The notes: a model not told the origin generated them from the letters alone. A stretch of DNA of 64,000 bases from a virus (IMGVR_UViG_3300011013_000010:1778-65777); one strand, 5' to 3'. Positions 1 through 10,690 are shown, numbered from the stretch's first letter. Numbers and translations are program-made.

Positions 1-258
1 TCAGAGTCTAAGATTACGGTAAGATTTCAGAAAAGAAGAATAACTGAAGATCTTAACCTATTTGTTAGGCAAGGGGATGTTGTTTATTATGGTGATCAGT
101 TCTATGAGATTCAAAAGACGGCTGAACCTGATGAGCTTTTTAGTCAATCAGATTTTAGATTCGAAATTACAGCAGAATGCTTAAGAGTAAGGGCTGGACA
201 GTTTGATGAACCAGGATTAGTTAATCAAGCAAGAACTTTGATTAGAGAAGGACCATAA
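1..258 (+). CDS. 3' part of a neck/head-closure protein (5'-truncated)
   Basis: Frame 1 open from window start (SKITVRFQKRRITEDLNLFVRQGDVVYYGDQFYEI...) to TAA at 256-258; directly upstream of tail genes. Confidence 0.55.
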   Translation, partial: SESKITVRFQKRRITEDLNLFVRQGDVVYYGDQFYEIQKTAEPDELFSQSDFRFEITAECLRVRAGQFDEPGLVNQARTLIREGP

Positions 259-259
259 T

Positions 260-1132
260 ATGGCAAACGGAAAAGATTTATTAAAAGGCTTGGTTAATGG
301 TGGAGAAAATGGGCGCAAATCATATCCGCTCAAGCCCTCAACTATTGAGACTATTGATTTAGCTATGTATGACTGGGTCAATAAAGAGTTAGATTTATTC
401 TCCGAAACCAACAAGGGATGGAAAAAAGCTCCTGTTGTATGGGTTTCTCACGAACGCTCTTTTGCTATTAAAAATGACAGAGATTTGAGAGACAGAACAG
501 GAACATTTATTCTTCCAGTCATTACTGTTGAAAGAACAGGTGAAGAAAAGAATCCTTCTAGAAAAGGTAGTGTTTGGTCTAATATCATTCCTCCTCAAGA
601 TGCTCAAGGTGGCTCATATGAAGTTACTCGTGTCATTAATCACGAAAAGACTTCGCAGTTCGCCAATGCTGATTCAAATCTTTTTAATCGTAATGATAAA
701 GAATTTTCTTTGAAAGAAAACAAAAAGATTGTGTATGAGACAGCCACTATCCCTTTGCCTGTTTATGTTGTGTTTAGATATGAGATTGAGATCAAGACAG
801 AGTTTCAACAACAAATGAACCAACTTCTTCAGCCATTTATGACAACATCTGGCGGAATCAACAGGTTCACTATTAAGAGAGATGGTTGGCATTACGAAGC
901 ATTTTTTCAGCCAGATTTTTCATCAGAAAATAATGGAAGCAACCTCGATAATGAGCAAAGATTGTTTATTACAAAAATCCAAGTAGAAGTATTAGGAAAG
1001 TTAGTTGGCGAAGGTTTAAACAGAAAACAACCTTTTGTAGCAGTTCGTCAAAATATTGTAGAAGTCAAAATTCCCCGTGAGCGTATAATGATAGGGGATT
1101 TGGACGATATCGACGTAAAAAAGACTTTCTAG
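260..1132 (+). CDS. Tail completion/terminator protein (T4 gp15-like)
   Basis: Position before sheath; LPVITVER and YEIEIKT..QMNQLLQPF segments resemble gp15-like proteins. Confidence 0.55.
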   Translation: MANGKDLLKGLVNGGENGRKSYPLKPSTIETIDLAMYDWVNKELDLFSETNKGWKKAPVVWVSHERSFAIKNDRDLRDRTGTFILPVITVERTGEEKNPSRKGSVWSNIIPPQDAQGGSYEVTRVINHEKTSQFANADSNLFNRNDKEFSLKENKKIVYETATIPLPVYVVFRYEIEIKTEFQQQMNQLLQPFMTTSGGINRFTIKRDGWHYEAFFQPDFSSENNGSNLDNEQRLFITKIQVEVLGKLVGEGLNRKQPFVAVRQNIVEVKIPRERIMIGDLDDIDVKKTF

Positions 1133-1157
1133 CTAATATCCTTTGGTACAAACCCGC

Positions 1158-1167
1158 ACTATTTACT
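1158..1167 (+). promoter_or_regulatory. Putative late promoter ACTATTTACT
   Basis: Same motif recurs at 26757, 41502, 54276 ahead of other genes. Confidence 0.55.
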
Positions 1168-1220
1168 AGGGAAAGCGCTAATAGTGCATAATCGTTAGTT
1201 ATCAAGAGGAGAGACCAAGA

Positions 1221-4109
1221 ATGTCAATCAAGAAGTATAAGTTTGTTTCACCAGGCGTACAAATAAGAGAACTAGATCAATCACAACTTCCAAGAGTTTC
1301 TGATCCGATCGGTCCTATCGTTGTAGGTCGGAGCCGCAAGGGACCAGCCCTTATTCCAACTAAGGTGAATAGCTATCTTGAGTTTGTTGAGACGTTTGGT
1401 GCCCCTATCCGAGGAGCTGGTACCGGTGATATCTGGAGAGATGGAAATACTACTTCTCCAACTTACGGTGCATATGCTGCTGAAGCATATTTGAAAAATT
1501 CAAGCCCTTTGACGTTCGTTCGTCTTTTGGGTGTCCAAAGCGGCGATGCTACTGCTGCTGATTCTGCTCAAGCAGGTTGGACAACAGAAAATACTTCTGC
1601 AACCACTCTTAACTCGACCAATGGTGGAGCTGTAGGTCTTTGGATTATTCCTTCGGCTTCTACGTACGCTTCTAATCTTACTGGCGCTCTTGCAGCTGTT
1701 TGGTACCTCAATAAGGGTTCAATCCGCCTCGTCGGTGATGATCCTGTAGGAACCACTGTAGGCGGCAATGGTGCAGCTGTTTTGGTTAAGAACATTGGTT
1801 CTGGATTTGAGTTCCGTGCTCTTATCGAAGATGAAACAGGTGCAACCATCAAGGACACCGCGTTTAACTTTAACCCTAACTCTTCGAAATATGTTCGAAA
1901 GGTTTTTAACACTAATCCAACTCTCATTAACGGCGATGTGACACCTGCTGCTTCCCTTGTAAACTATTTCCTTGGTGAAAGCTTTGAAAGTCACTTGAAA
2001 AATACTGTTAGTGAAAACAGCGGTAATATCGCTGGTAAAGTCCTTGGTTTTGTCGCAGCTATCGAAAATAGCTCAATCAATCAAGCAGACTTTAAGGGTG
2101 TTCAAGCTTCCGCAGCTAAAACTGGTTGGGTATTCGGTCAAGATCTTAATACCACTACTGGTAGCTACGTTGCTACTGATATGACCAAGTTGTTCCGATT
2201 TGTTGTAAACAAAGGTGACGGCTCAGGTGAGTGGGAACAAAACAATATTAAGATTTCGATTACTGATATCAAAGCTTCTAAAAGTGATTATGATCGTTTC
2301 GGTACTTTTACGGTAGAGATTCGTGCTATTGATGACACAGACTCTAACAAGAAAATTCTTGAAGTATTCCCACAATGTAGCTTGGACCCGAATTCGCTCA
2401 ACTACATTGCTCGAAAGATTGGTGATAAAAACGTTGCTTGGGATGATGTTCAGCTTCGTCATCGTGAATATGGTGATTTTCCAAATGCTTCAAACTATGT
2501 TCGAGTTGAATTGAACACTGTTATTGAGCAAGGTGGTATTGAGCCAGAGCTTCTTCCATTCGGTTTCTATGGTCCAACCAGATACAGCACTATTACTCTT
2601 ACGAGTGGTTCGGCAGTTGCTTCAGCAGCTGTTATGAAGGGCTCAGGTTCAATGCCAGACGCTCCAGAATCTGGTGGTGGTACTATTGCTATGGGTATTA
2701 CATCCGGTCAGATTACTGATTTCTCCGCTTCATTGAAGTTCCCTTCATTGCAAATGCGAGTTTCAAGTTCTGACGGTGGTGTCCTTAGCTCAAACCAAGC
2801 ATATTTTGGTATTATTACTCAAAAAGTAGGTGCTCAGAAGTTTGACGAAGACGTTAGAGATTTGTTGAGGTCTAAGCCAGATGGTGTAAGTTCGCACGAT
2901 TCTGCTACCTCTACAGAATATCAATTTGTCTTCAGTCTTGACGATTTGGTTGCAGTGTCCGGTTCAAGCACAGAATCATACTGGCTTTCCGGTAGTCGCG
3001 CATCAGGCGCTTCTGTTACAGCATTGTCGGCTTCTGTTACTGGTGCTCTTGAAGGATATCTTTCGGTTCTTTCTCGTGGACATGACAAGTTTACTATGCC
3101 ACTATTTGGTGGACATGACGGACTTGATATTACAGAGCGAGACCCGTTCAGAAACAACTTCCTTTCGAAGGGCTCAGCAACTAAAGATACTAACTACGGT
3201 GTAGCAAGTATTCGACGTGCTATTGATACTTTCCGCGACCCAGAAGTTGTAGATGTTAATATCGCTACTGTTCCAGGTATTACACTTCCAGGTATCACTA
3301 ATCACTTGATGGATACTGTTGAAGCTCGTGCAGATGCTCTAGCTATTATCGACCTTGAAAATGGTTATGTCCCTGCCCACGAAAACACTTCAGACGAATC
3401 ATCGCGTGTTGGTTCGGTAGATACGACTGTTACGGCTTTGAAAGCTCGCGCTCTCAATACAAGCTATGCTTGTTGTTACTACCCTTGGGTAAGAGTAAAT
3501 GACTCAGAATCTGGTTCACCACTTTGGATGCCACCTTCTGTTGTCGCTCTAGGAACAATGGCTAGTTCACAAGAGAAATCAGACGTTTGGTTTGCTCCAG
3601 CAGGTTTCAATCGTGGTGGTCTTACAGATGGTGCTTCTGGTCTTCAAGTTGTTGATGTACGAGAAAAACTAACTCAACCACAGCGTGATAAGCTTTATGA
3701 GAATAACATCAATCCGATTGCTTCATTCCCATCAGAGGGTATTGTAATCTACGGTCAAAAGACTCTACAGATTACGCCATCCGCTCTTGATAGAATTAAT
3801 GTTCGTCGTCTTATGATTCACCTTAAGAAGGAAATCTCTGGAATCTCATCGAGAATCCTGTTTGACCAGAACTTGAAAGTAACTTGGGCTCGTTTCCTTG
3901 GACAGGTCCGTCCGTTCTTGGAAAATGTTCAAACAAACTTCGGTCTTGCGGACTTCCGTGTTGTTCTCGATGAGAAGACAACTACTGCTGATTTGATTGA
4001 TAGAAATATTATGTATGCTCAGATTTTCTTGAAGCCAGCTCGTTCAATCGAGTTCATTGCTCTAGACTTTATCGTCTCAAGAACAGGTGCTTCGTTCGAA
4101 GATCTATAA
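1221..4109 (+). CDS. Contractile tail sheath protein (gp18-like)
   Basis: FVSPGVQIRELD N-terminus; YYPWV, WFAPAGFNRG, NINPI, GQKTLQ, LDRINVRRL sheath motifs. Confidence 0.95.
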   Translation: MSIKKYKFVSPGVQIRELDQSQLPRVSDPIGPIVVGRSRKGPALIPTKVNSYLEFVETFGAPIRGAGTGDIWRDGNTTSPTYGAYAAEAYLKNSSPLTFVRLLGVQSGDATAADSAQAGWTTENTSATTLNSTNGGAVGLWIIPSASTYASNLTGALAAVWYLNKGSIRLVGDDPVGTTVGGNGAAVLVKNIGSGFEFRALIEDETGATIKDTAFNFNPNSSKYVRKVFNTNPTLINGDVTPAASLVNYFLGESFESHLKNTVSENSGNIAGKVLGFVAAIENSSINQADFKGVQASAAKTGWVFGQDLNTTTGSYVATDMTKLFRFVVNKGDGSGEWEQNNIKISITDIKASKSDYDRFGTFTVEIRAIDDTDSNKKILEVFPQCSLDPNSLNYIARKIGDKNVAWDDVQLRHREYGDFPNASNYVRVELNTVIEQGGIEPELLPFGFYGPTRYSTITLTSGSAVASAAVMKGSGSMPDAPESGGGTIAMGITSGQITDFSASLKFPSLQMRVSSSDGGVLSSNQAYFGIITQKVGAQKFDEDVRDLLRSKPDGVSSHDSATSTEYQFVFSLDDLVAVSGSSTESYWLSGSRASGASVTALSASVTGALEGYLSVLSRGHDKFTMPLFGGHDGLDITERDPFRNNFLSKGSATKDTNYGVASIRRAIDTFRDPEVVDVNIATVPGITLPGITNHLMDTVEARADALAIIDLENGYVPAHENTSDESSRVGSVDTTVTALKARALNTSYACCYYPWVRVNDSESGSPLWMPPSVVALGTMASSQEKSDVWFAPAGFNRGGLTDGASGLQVVDVREKLTQPQRDKLYENNINPIASFPSEGIVIYGQKTLQITPSALDRINVRRLMIHLKKEISGISSRILFDQNLKVTWARFLGQVRPFLENVQTNFGLADFRVVLDEKTTTADLIDRNIMYAQIFLKPARSIEFIALDFIVSRTGASFEDL

Positions 4110-4161
4110 AAAACAAGCTAGCCCAATAGTTAGGGTATAGGACAAAAGGAGATAATAACTA

Positions 4162-4791
4162 ATGGCTAATAATGTTGAAGGATTTTGGACGCAACCCCAG
4201 CGTGACCCCAAGCGAGCGTATCGATGGATTGTATACTTTCCAAATATGCCCAATGGCGCCACTTGGTATGCCAAAAAGGTCAAAAAACCTAAAATTAATG
4301 TCAGTAAGACAGAACATACGTACTTGAACCACACGTTCAAATATCCAGGTCGCGTTACTTGGGATGATGTTTCTGTTACGCTTGTTGACCCCGTTTCTCC
4401 TGACGCGGCTCAACACCTTGCAGCAACACTCCAGGGTTCTGGCTATGTTGTTCCAAAGGATTTTAATAGCGTTACCACTATTTCAAAAGCTCGTGCTGTT
4501 GAGATGATTGGTGGACAAGTTGTTATTATTCAGATTGACGAAAGTATTGACTCTTCTGGATCACCAGTCGAAGGTGGACGAGCAGTTGAAGTTTGGACGC
4601 TCAAGAATCCTTGGATTATGGACGCAGATTTCGGTGAGCTTGATTACGAATCCGATGATTTGACTCAAATTGAGTTAACACTTGCATACGATTATGCTAC
4701 TCTTACTTCTCCTGATCAACTTCAGGAGCCACTAGCAGGATTGGTTGCAAATCTTCTACCAAATGGTAAAGATACTTTTTCTCTAGCCTAA
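4162..4791 (+). CDS. Tail tube protein (gp19-like)
   Basis: Follows sheath; KYPGRVTWDDVSVTLVDP and FGELDY..IELTLAYD motifs. Confidence 0.85.
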   Translation: MANNVEGFWTQPQRDPKRAYRWIVYFPNMPNGATWYAKKVKKPKINVSKTEHTYLNHTFKYPGRVTWDDVSVTLVDPVSPDAAQHLAATLQGSGYVVPKDFNSVTTISKARAVEMIGGQVVIIQIDESIDSSGSPVEGGRAVEVWTLKNPWIMDADFGELDYESDDLTQIELTLAYDYATLTSPDQLQEPLAGLVANLLPNGKDTFSLA

Positions 4792-4808
4792 TCTAAAACG
4801 AGGTAATA

Positions 4809-5660
4809 ATGACAAGAGATAACGAAAAGCGCTCCGGTGCGGCAGCAATGCCACCCGTGGGCGCTTTACCTTCAGAAGGGGCAGGTGCTCCCCTAATGTT
4901 TTCAGCACCAACAGAAATAGTTGATCTTCCATCAAAAGGTAAATTTTATCCAGAAGACCATCCTCTAAGGGATGTTGCTGAGATTGAGATTCGCCATATG
5001 ACAGCAAAGGAAGAAGATATTCTAACAAACGTAGCGCTAATCAAAAAAGGTGTTGCTATTGACAGAATGCTTCAAAACATCATTAAAACTCCTAATGTAG
5101 AAGTTGAGCAGATGTTTTCTGGCGATAAGAATGCTTTAACCGTAGCAGCGCGGATTACAGGCTTTGGTGCAAACTATGAGCCAAAGGTGCGTTGTCCTGC
5201 GTGTCAAGCGACCACTGAGTTCAGTTTTGATCTTAATGAGCACAAAGTTATCGACGGCACAGAGCTTCCCGATAACGTAAAGAATACAGCAAATGGAACA
5301 TTTATGATTTCAGATTTGCCAGCCTGCGAGCACGTTGTTGAAGTGCGCTTAATGACAGGACGAGATGAACGCGCTCTTGCCAAATCACAAGAACAAAGAA
5401 AGAAAAACAATTTGCCACCTACCTTGGTTACTGACCAGTTGAAGATGGTAATTGATTCAGTTGGGGGCTCAACTCAACCAGCAGATATTAATGCTTTTGT
5501 TGATACTATGCCGCTAAGAACAGCCAAAGCTCTTAGAAGAATCTATTCAGATATTACACCTAATGTCGATTTAACTCAAAACTTCGTTTGCAGCAAGTGT
5601 GAACACGAAGAGCAAATGGAGGTTCCGTTTAGTACGGAGTTTTTTTGGTCTAACAAGTGA
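4809..5660 (+). CDS. Tail/baseplate assembly chaperone (gp26-like)
   Basis: LPSKGKFY, MTAKEEDIL, two CxxC pairs, ends in FFW; after tube gene. Confidence 0.75.
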   Translation: MTRDNEKRSGAAAMPPVGALPSEGAGAPLMFSAPTEIVDLPSKGKFYPEDHPLRDVAEIEIRHMTAKEEDILTNVALIKKGVAIDRMLQNIIKTPNVEVEQMFSGDKNALTVAARITGFGANYEPKVRCPACQATTEFSFDLNEHKVIDGTELPDNVKNTANGTFMISDLPACEHVVEVRLMTGRDERALAKSQEQRKKNNLPPTLVTDQLKMVIDSVGGSTQPADINAFVDTMPLRTAKALRRIYSDITPNVDLTQNFVCSKCEHEEQMEVPFSTEFFWSNK

Positions 5661-5829
5661 TTACATTCGGGGAGTGTATGACGAGTTCTTTGTGATGAAA
5701 TATTATGGAAATTGGAGCTTTATTGAAGCATACAATCTACCCATTACAATCCGAAGGTATTTTTTAAAGAAGTTGGAAGAACAAATAGCCAAAGAGAACA
5801 AAGCAGTAGAAGACGTAAGGAATAAATGA
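5641..5829 (+). CDS. Small chaperone extension (gp51-like), probably reached by frameshift at T7 run 5640-5646
   Basis: Open frame overlapping end of upstream gene: FFGLTSDY...WSFIEAYNLPITIRRYFL. Confidence 0.6.
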   Translation, partial: FFGLTSDYIRGVYDEFFVMKYYGNWSFIEAYNLPITIRRYFLKKLEEQIAKENKAVEDVRNK

Positions 5830-5832
5830 GAT

Positions 5833-5859
5833 GAGGGGCGTCAGCCCCTTTCTCTTTTT
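5833..5859 (+). terminator. Intrinsic terminator
   Basis: GAGGGGC-gtca-GCCCCTT followed by T-rich tail. Confidence 0.7.
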
Positions 5860-5888
5860 GTGGTCTACTTAGAAAGGAGGAATGTGTA

Positions 5889-6887
5889 ATGAAAGAAATG
5901 GATGAATCATCAGCTGGTCTGCCAAGGGATTTCTATAAGAGAGCCCAAACTGTCGTCCCAGGCAAAGTTTATACTTTGAGAGCAGTTCCAGACGATTCTC
6001 TTGAAAATGCTTTCAACGCGGCAAGAACAAGATTCAAGCCAAAGGTGAAAGTTTTGAAAGTAACTGGAAACACAGTTGTTTTTACTGGAATCGAAGGCGG
6101 CGCATCAACTGCTACAAATATTGAAAACTTTGAAGACAAATACGTAACCAATCTTAATGAATCAAATGCTCTTACGAGAATGTTTAAGCAAGATATTCAA
6201 AAAACAGGAGAAGAACCAGTATCTTCAAGTGGTCTTTCAAGAGATTTTTATAAGGCTAGCGATTTTGGAAAATATGAAAAAGTTGTCTCCTTTCTTGAAA
6301 AAGGAAAATATCTTTACAATGGAAGTATCCTAATCGACAAGGAAGGAACCAGATACGAAAAAAGAGGTCTTGGTAGTGGGATGAATCTGAGAGTAGCGCT
6401 TGTAAATTTGGAATCTGGAAAGAAAAAGAATGTTACCTTTGGAGATTTTCTCAAAAATTACTTTGTTTATAAGCCATCCAAAAAAAATATCCGCAACGAA
6501 TCGCACAGAGCAGGCGGCATTGAAGCCTACATCGACCCAGAGCAGGGAGACGCAAGTCAAGTAGAAAGCGACTTGGTGCCTATCGTGCTCGATTTGGGGT
6601 CCTCTCGTAGAGGTGAGCTAGATGAGAGTTTCCTCCATATGTTCGGGTCAGCCATCCAAGCCATCATGGGTAGAATGTTTGGTGGCTCAGCAGTGCCTGT
6701 TAAGGTCAAGGGCACAAAATCAGAGATTGACTCCTTTGCAAAAGTCCTTCAGAGAGAAAAGAAGTACCTCCAAACTTGGTCTGATCTTGGACTTGACAAT
6801 CCTGCGACATACAAATCGAAGTTCAAGCTAGATACAGCAATAAAGCAGTTTGAGAGAAAGACAGGAATCAAGTACCCCATTAAGTGA
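5889..6887 (+). CDS. Hypothetical, probable virion protein
   Basis: Strong SD AAGGAGG; xxES motifs; internal repeat SSxGLxRDFYK. Confidence 0.5.
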   Translation: MKEMDESSAGLPRDFYKRAQTVVPGKVYTLRAVPDDSLENAFNAARTRFKPKVKVLKVTGNTVVFTGIEGGASTATNIENFEDKYVTNLNESNALTRMFKQDIQKTGEEPVSSSGLSRDFYKASDFGKYEKVVSFLEKGKYLYNGSILIDKEGTRYEKRGLGSGMNLRVALVNLESGKKKNVTFGDFLKNYFVYKPSKKNIRNESHRAGGIEAYIDPEQGDASQVESDLVPIVLDLGSSRRGELDESFLHMFGSAIQAIMGRMFGGSAVPVKVKGTKSEIDSFAKVLQREKKYLQTWSDLGLDNPATYKSKFKLDTAIKQFERKTGIKYPIK

Positions 6888-6944
6888 GATGCTTATTTAA
6901 TGGGGTGTCCTTAACGGACAATAAGATAGGGGAATTTAGTAAGT

Positions 6945-9470
6945 ATGGCTGACAATACAAGAGATGCTGAAGCCCGCGCCGCTGCTGAGAAGAAGGTAAA
7001 CCAGACTCTCTCGCAGCGCAAGACTATTCTGCGTGATGAACTCCTTGCGATTGAAGATACGCTCGGTGTTTATCAGTCCATTGAGCAGCAAATAAACATT
7101 CAAACTGATTTGATGCAGAAAGAAGCAGAGCTTGCTCAAGTCCTAAAGCAAGACGCTGTTGAACAATTAGCTTCAGAAAGACAAAAGGGGGTGATTCATC
7201 AAGGACGTGTTAATGACCTCCTAAAAGAAGTCAAGATTCAAGAAGACATCATTCAGCGCGTCAATGAACAGAACGCAGCTCTAAATAATGTCACCACTCA
7301 AACTGACAATCTAATCGGCTCTCTTACAGGTATTGGCGATCAATGGAAAAACACCATTGTTGGTAGTATTGTAGATGCAGCTGATAAGTCAGAGAACCTC
7401 GTTTCAGTTACCTCAAGGATTGCTGAGAGCCTAAAGAGAAACATCACCTTTTCGAATGTCTTTGGCTCTACGATGCTCAAAATTCAAGAGGCAACCCTCG
7501 CTGTAGTCCTCGCACAAGATGAGGCTACATCAGCCTTCGCTAAAGGAACAGGCACAGGCACTAAATACTTCTCAATGATTACTGATATCTCTGAGCAAAA
7601 CAGAGTGTTTGGTATTTCAGCCGAAGATTCTGCTGCCGCTGTTGGAGTATTGTATAAAGATTTAAATAGATTCTCTGAACTGTCGCCTCAGGCAGCAAAA
7701 GAGATGGCTGGTTTGGTTGCTAAACTAGATGCCGTTGGCATCAGTAGTGAAACGTCTGCTGCTAATATCGATATTGCAATGAACGCACTCGGTATGAATT
7801 CTAAGGCAGCTCAGAACTTACAACTTGATTTAGTTGCCACTGCTGATGCTTTGGCTCTACCTCCACAGACTGTAGCTGAAGGTTTTGCACGCGCCGCTCC
7901 ACAACTTGCTGCTCACGGCAAGTCAATGGTTGGCGTGTTTAAAGATTTAGCAAGACAATCAAAAGAAACAGGATTAGAGATAGAAACTCTGCTTGGCTAT
8001 GCTTCTCAATTTAACACGTTTGAAGGTGCAGCCCAGCAGACAGCAGATTTGAATCATCTTTTGGGTGGAGCATATTTGAATAGTCTTGAGCTTTTGAACG
8101 CAACAGAAGCAGAAAGAATAGAAATCATTCAGCAATCAATCAAGGCATCTGGTAAATCATTTGATCAAATGGATGTTCACACTAAGAGAGCATTTGCACA
8201 TCAAATGGGTCTTCAGAGTGTTGCTGAAGCATCTAAACTTCTGACGCCTTTGACACTTGAGCAAGTTAAAGCCAATAAGAAAGCAGCTGATATTGAAGCA
8301 GAGCTTGCAGAAAAGGCTAAAGCTATGCAACCTATTTGGAAAGCAGCTCAAAGTGCTATTTCGTCACTAGCGATTAGTATGCTACCTTTCTTGAACTACC
8401 TTAAGGATGGCATTGTATGGATTTTAGAACTCAATGATAAAACGCGGGAGTGGTTCGGCGGCACGATGAGTCTTCTCCCAGCGCTAGCAATATTGGGAAC
8501 CACTGTGCTTGGCATTGTTAAAGTAATGAAGATGGGCGCAGCATTGAAGGCTTTGTGGATTTCACTTACAGCAGCGTCCACTGCCGCTACGGTCAGTAAG
8601 ACAGTTGCTGATGAGTTGAGCACTGGCGCTTTGTTGAAACAGTCGATTGCTCAGAAGACAGCCAACAGTAAATCTGTTGGTGGAGCTAAAGCAATGATGG
8701 GTTATGCAGCTGCCGTAGCGCTGGCTGGTGTCGGTATCGCTGCTGCCGCTCTAGGAATGGCACAGTTTGTTAAAGCATTTAATGGAATGCCTCCAGAATC
8801 CATCTATGCAGTTGCAACTGCTATTGGTGTCTTTATGGTAGGGATGATTGGTCTTTCTGTTGCAATGGGTGTCATCGCAGCTGCCTCCGGTGCTGCTGCT
8901 GTTCCTCTTTTGGCAGTTGGTGCCGCTGTTGCTTTAGTTGGCGTTGGCGTCGGGTTAGCAGCGGCTGGTATGTCGCTTTTGGCTGACTCTTTGGTTCTTG
9001 GGCTAACTGCTGTTGGAGCCAACATTGGTGGATTCTTAGCATTTGTCGGCGGATTGTCTATCTTGTCAATGCTTGGACCTGCTTTGGGTGTTACTCTTTT
9101 GGCGCTCACGCCAACCAGTTGGGTGATGGCAAGTATCGCAGAAAGCATTGGTGAAATGGTAGCAAATATCAATGAGCTAAATCTAACAAAGATACTTGAA
9201 CTTAACAAACTTTTGGGCGTAAAAGTAGCTCCTGAGAGCGTCGAGTTTGCAGCCTCTGGTATTGCTGCATCAGTTAGCGCTGGAGGTGTTAGTCGCTCTC
9301 AGGCAAGCGCTCCTGCTCCCGTGCAGCCATCTAAGAATGCTGGCAGTGCGCAGGTGAAGCCAATCAACATCACACTTAAGATTGATGATAGAGAAATAGC
9401 TAAAATAGCTTGGAAAGAGATCCGAAAAGAGCTTGAACAGGTTGGTGGAAAAGGATTAATTCCAGCTTAA
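6945..9470 (+). CDS. Tape measure protein
   Basis: 841 aa, Ala-rich helical, hydrophobic C-terminal half, within tail module. Confidence 0.85.
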   Translation: MADNTRDAEARAAAEKKVNQTLSQRKTILRDELLAIEDTLGVYQSIEQQINIQTDLMQKEAELAQVLKQDAVEQLASERQKGVIHQGRVNDLLKEVKIQEDIIQRVNEQNAALNNVTTQTDNLIGSLTGIGDQWKNTIVGSIVDAADKSENLVSVTSRIAESLKRNITFSNVFGSTMLKIQEATLAVVLAQDEATSAFAKGTGTGTKYFSMITDISEQNRVFGISAEDSAAAVGVLYKDLNRFSELSPQAAKEMAGLVAKLDAVGISSETSAANIDIAMNALGMNSKAAQNLQLDLVATADALALPPQTVAEGFARAAPQLAAHGKSMVGVFKDLARQSKETGLEIETLLGYASQFNTFEGAAQQTADLNHLLGGAYLNSLELLNATEAERIEIIQQSIKASGKSFDQMDVHTKRAFAHQMGLQSVAEASKLLTPLTLEQVKANKKAADIEAELAEKAKAMQPIWKAAQSAISSLAISMLPFLNYLKDGIVWILELNDKTREWFGGTMSLLPALAILGTTVLGIVKVMKMGAALKALWISLTAASTAATVSKTVADELSTGALLKQSIAQKTANSKSVGGAKAMMGYAAAVALAGVGIAAAALGMAQFVKAFNGMPPESIYAVATAIGVFMVGMIGLSVAMGVIAAASGAAAVPLLAVGAAVALVGVGVGLAAAGMSLLADSLVLGLTAVGANIGGFLAFVGGLSILSMLGPALGVTLLALTPTSWVMASIAESIGEMVANINELNLTKILELNKLLGVKVAPESVEFAASGIAASVSAGGVSRSQASAPAPVQPSKNAGSAQVKPINITLKIDDREIAKIAWKEIRKELEQVGGKGLIPA

Positions 9471-9496
9471 GGCTAGATATAATGCGAGGATGATAA

Positions 9497-10336
9497 ATGA
9501 CAATATTTAACAACAAGATAGTTGAAAAGAAGATTGCCCCTGTAGTAGGCGGTCTTCAAGATGTTTCTGATAACATTGGGGGAACCGACTCACATTCAGG
9601 AAAGTTAAATCGCGATACTTCAGATGGTCTTGTTATTCATTTTGTGCATATTCCTACTGGAAAGACTTGTCACTTTAAGGCTTTTCTAACCGCGTATGAA
9701 GATCATTATGATCCACAATGGAATGAAGAAGAGCTTTTTGGTAGAATGGATCCAGTTTCTACCTTTAAAAGAACAGGCAGACGTATTACACTAGGGTGGG
9801 ATGTTCCCGCTGCTTCTGAACAAGAGGCAATTTTGAATATGAAGGAGTCAGAGAAATTTCTCGCTATGCTTTATCCTGTCTATGAAGAAAGATCTGCTGC
9901 TAACTTCCTTGAAGGCGGCTCTCTTGGTGCTGTTACTAGCCCTTCTGCTAATCACAGAATGATTGGAACAATGGCAGCACCACCTTTGTTTAAGATAAAG
10001 TTCGCTAACCTTATTATGGATGGTGATACGGGTGCAGTTTCGTCGGGTGCTTCTAGAAGTGGATTGGTTGGAACTATGAGTGGGTTGAGCTATAAGCCTG
10101 ATATCGAGCAAGGTTTTTTTGGTGCAGGAGCTGGCTTAATAGAGCCAGGCGCTTTAATTCCACAAACCATTATCTTTAATATCGAGTTTGTAGTTCACCA
10201 TCAGCACGGTTTGGGATTTTCTAAAAAATCACTTGAAAGAGAGAAGTCTCTTCAAGTTGCCAATGCTAGAGGAAACAAACTTACTGGTCGCAGAGCTAAT
10301 GGATTTCCTTATCGTGGCGATAAGATTTTAAAGTAA
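9497..10336 (+). CDS. Baseplate/tail-tube initiator protein
   Basis: WNEEELFGRMDPVSTFKRTGRRITLGW motif; after tape measure. Confidence 0.6.
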   Translation: MTIFNNKIVEKKIAPVVGGLQDVSDNIGGTDSHSGKLNRDTSDGLVIHFVHIPTGKTCHFKAFLTAYEDHYDPQWNEEELFGRMDPVSTFKRTGRRITLGWDVPAASEQEAILNMKESEKFLAMLYPVYEERSAANFLEGGSLGAVTSPSANHRMIGTMAAPPLFKIKFANLIMDGDTGAVSSGASRSGLVGTMSGLSYKPDIEQGFFGAGAGLIEPGALIPQTIIFNIEFVVHHQHGLGFSKKSLEREKSLQVANARGNKLTGRRANGFPYRGDKILK

Positions 10337-10345
10337 GGGTAAAAA

Positions 10346-10687
10346 ATGACTATTTCAAGATATGAACAAAGAAGAAAGTTTGTTAACTCTCAGCGAAAAT
10401 ATGAGCCGTTGTTCGAGCAACGAGATGTAAAATTCATCAGACATTTTGAGTCTGCTAAATTTAAGTATCCTACAGATGATCAGATTAATAGTCTAAATCT
10501 AGAAGATCATGTGTGGGCGCGAGGTGATAAGCTATCAAAACTAGCTGAGCAAGAATATGGCGATCCAAAGTTGTGGTGGATTATTGCTTGGTTTAACAAA
10601 AAGCCTACAGAAGCTCACCTTAAATATGGAGATGTCATTCAGGTTCCTTCCCCATTGGAAAGAGTTTTGGGATTTATGGGGATTTAG
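10346..10687 (+). CDS. LysM-like baseplate wedge protein (gp53/X-like)
   Basis: GDKLSKLAEQEYGDPKLWWIIAWFN motif. Confidence 0.8.
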   Translation: MTISRYEQRRKFVNSQRKYEPLFEQRDVKFIRHFESAKFKYPTDDQINSLNLEDHVWARGDKLSKLAEQEYGDPKLWWIIAWFNKKPTEAHLKYGDVIQVPSPLERVLGFMGI

Positions 10688-10690
10688 TAA

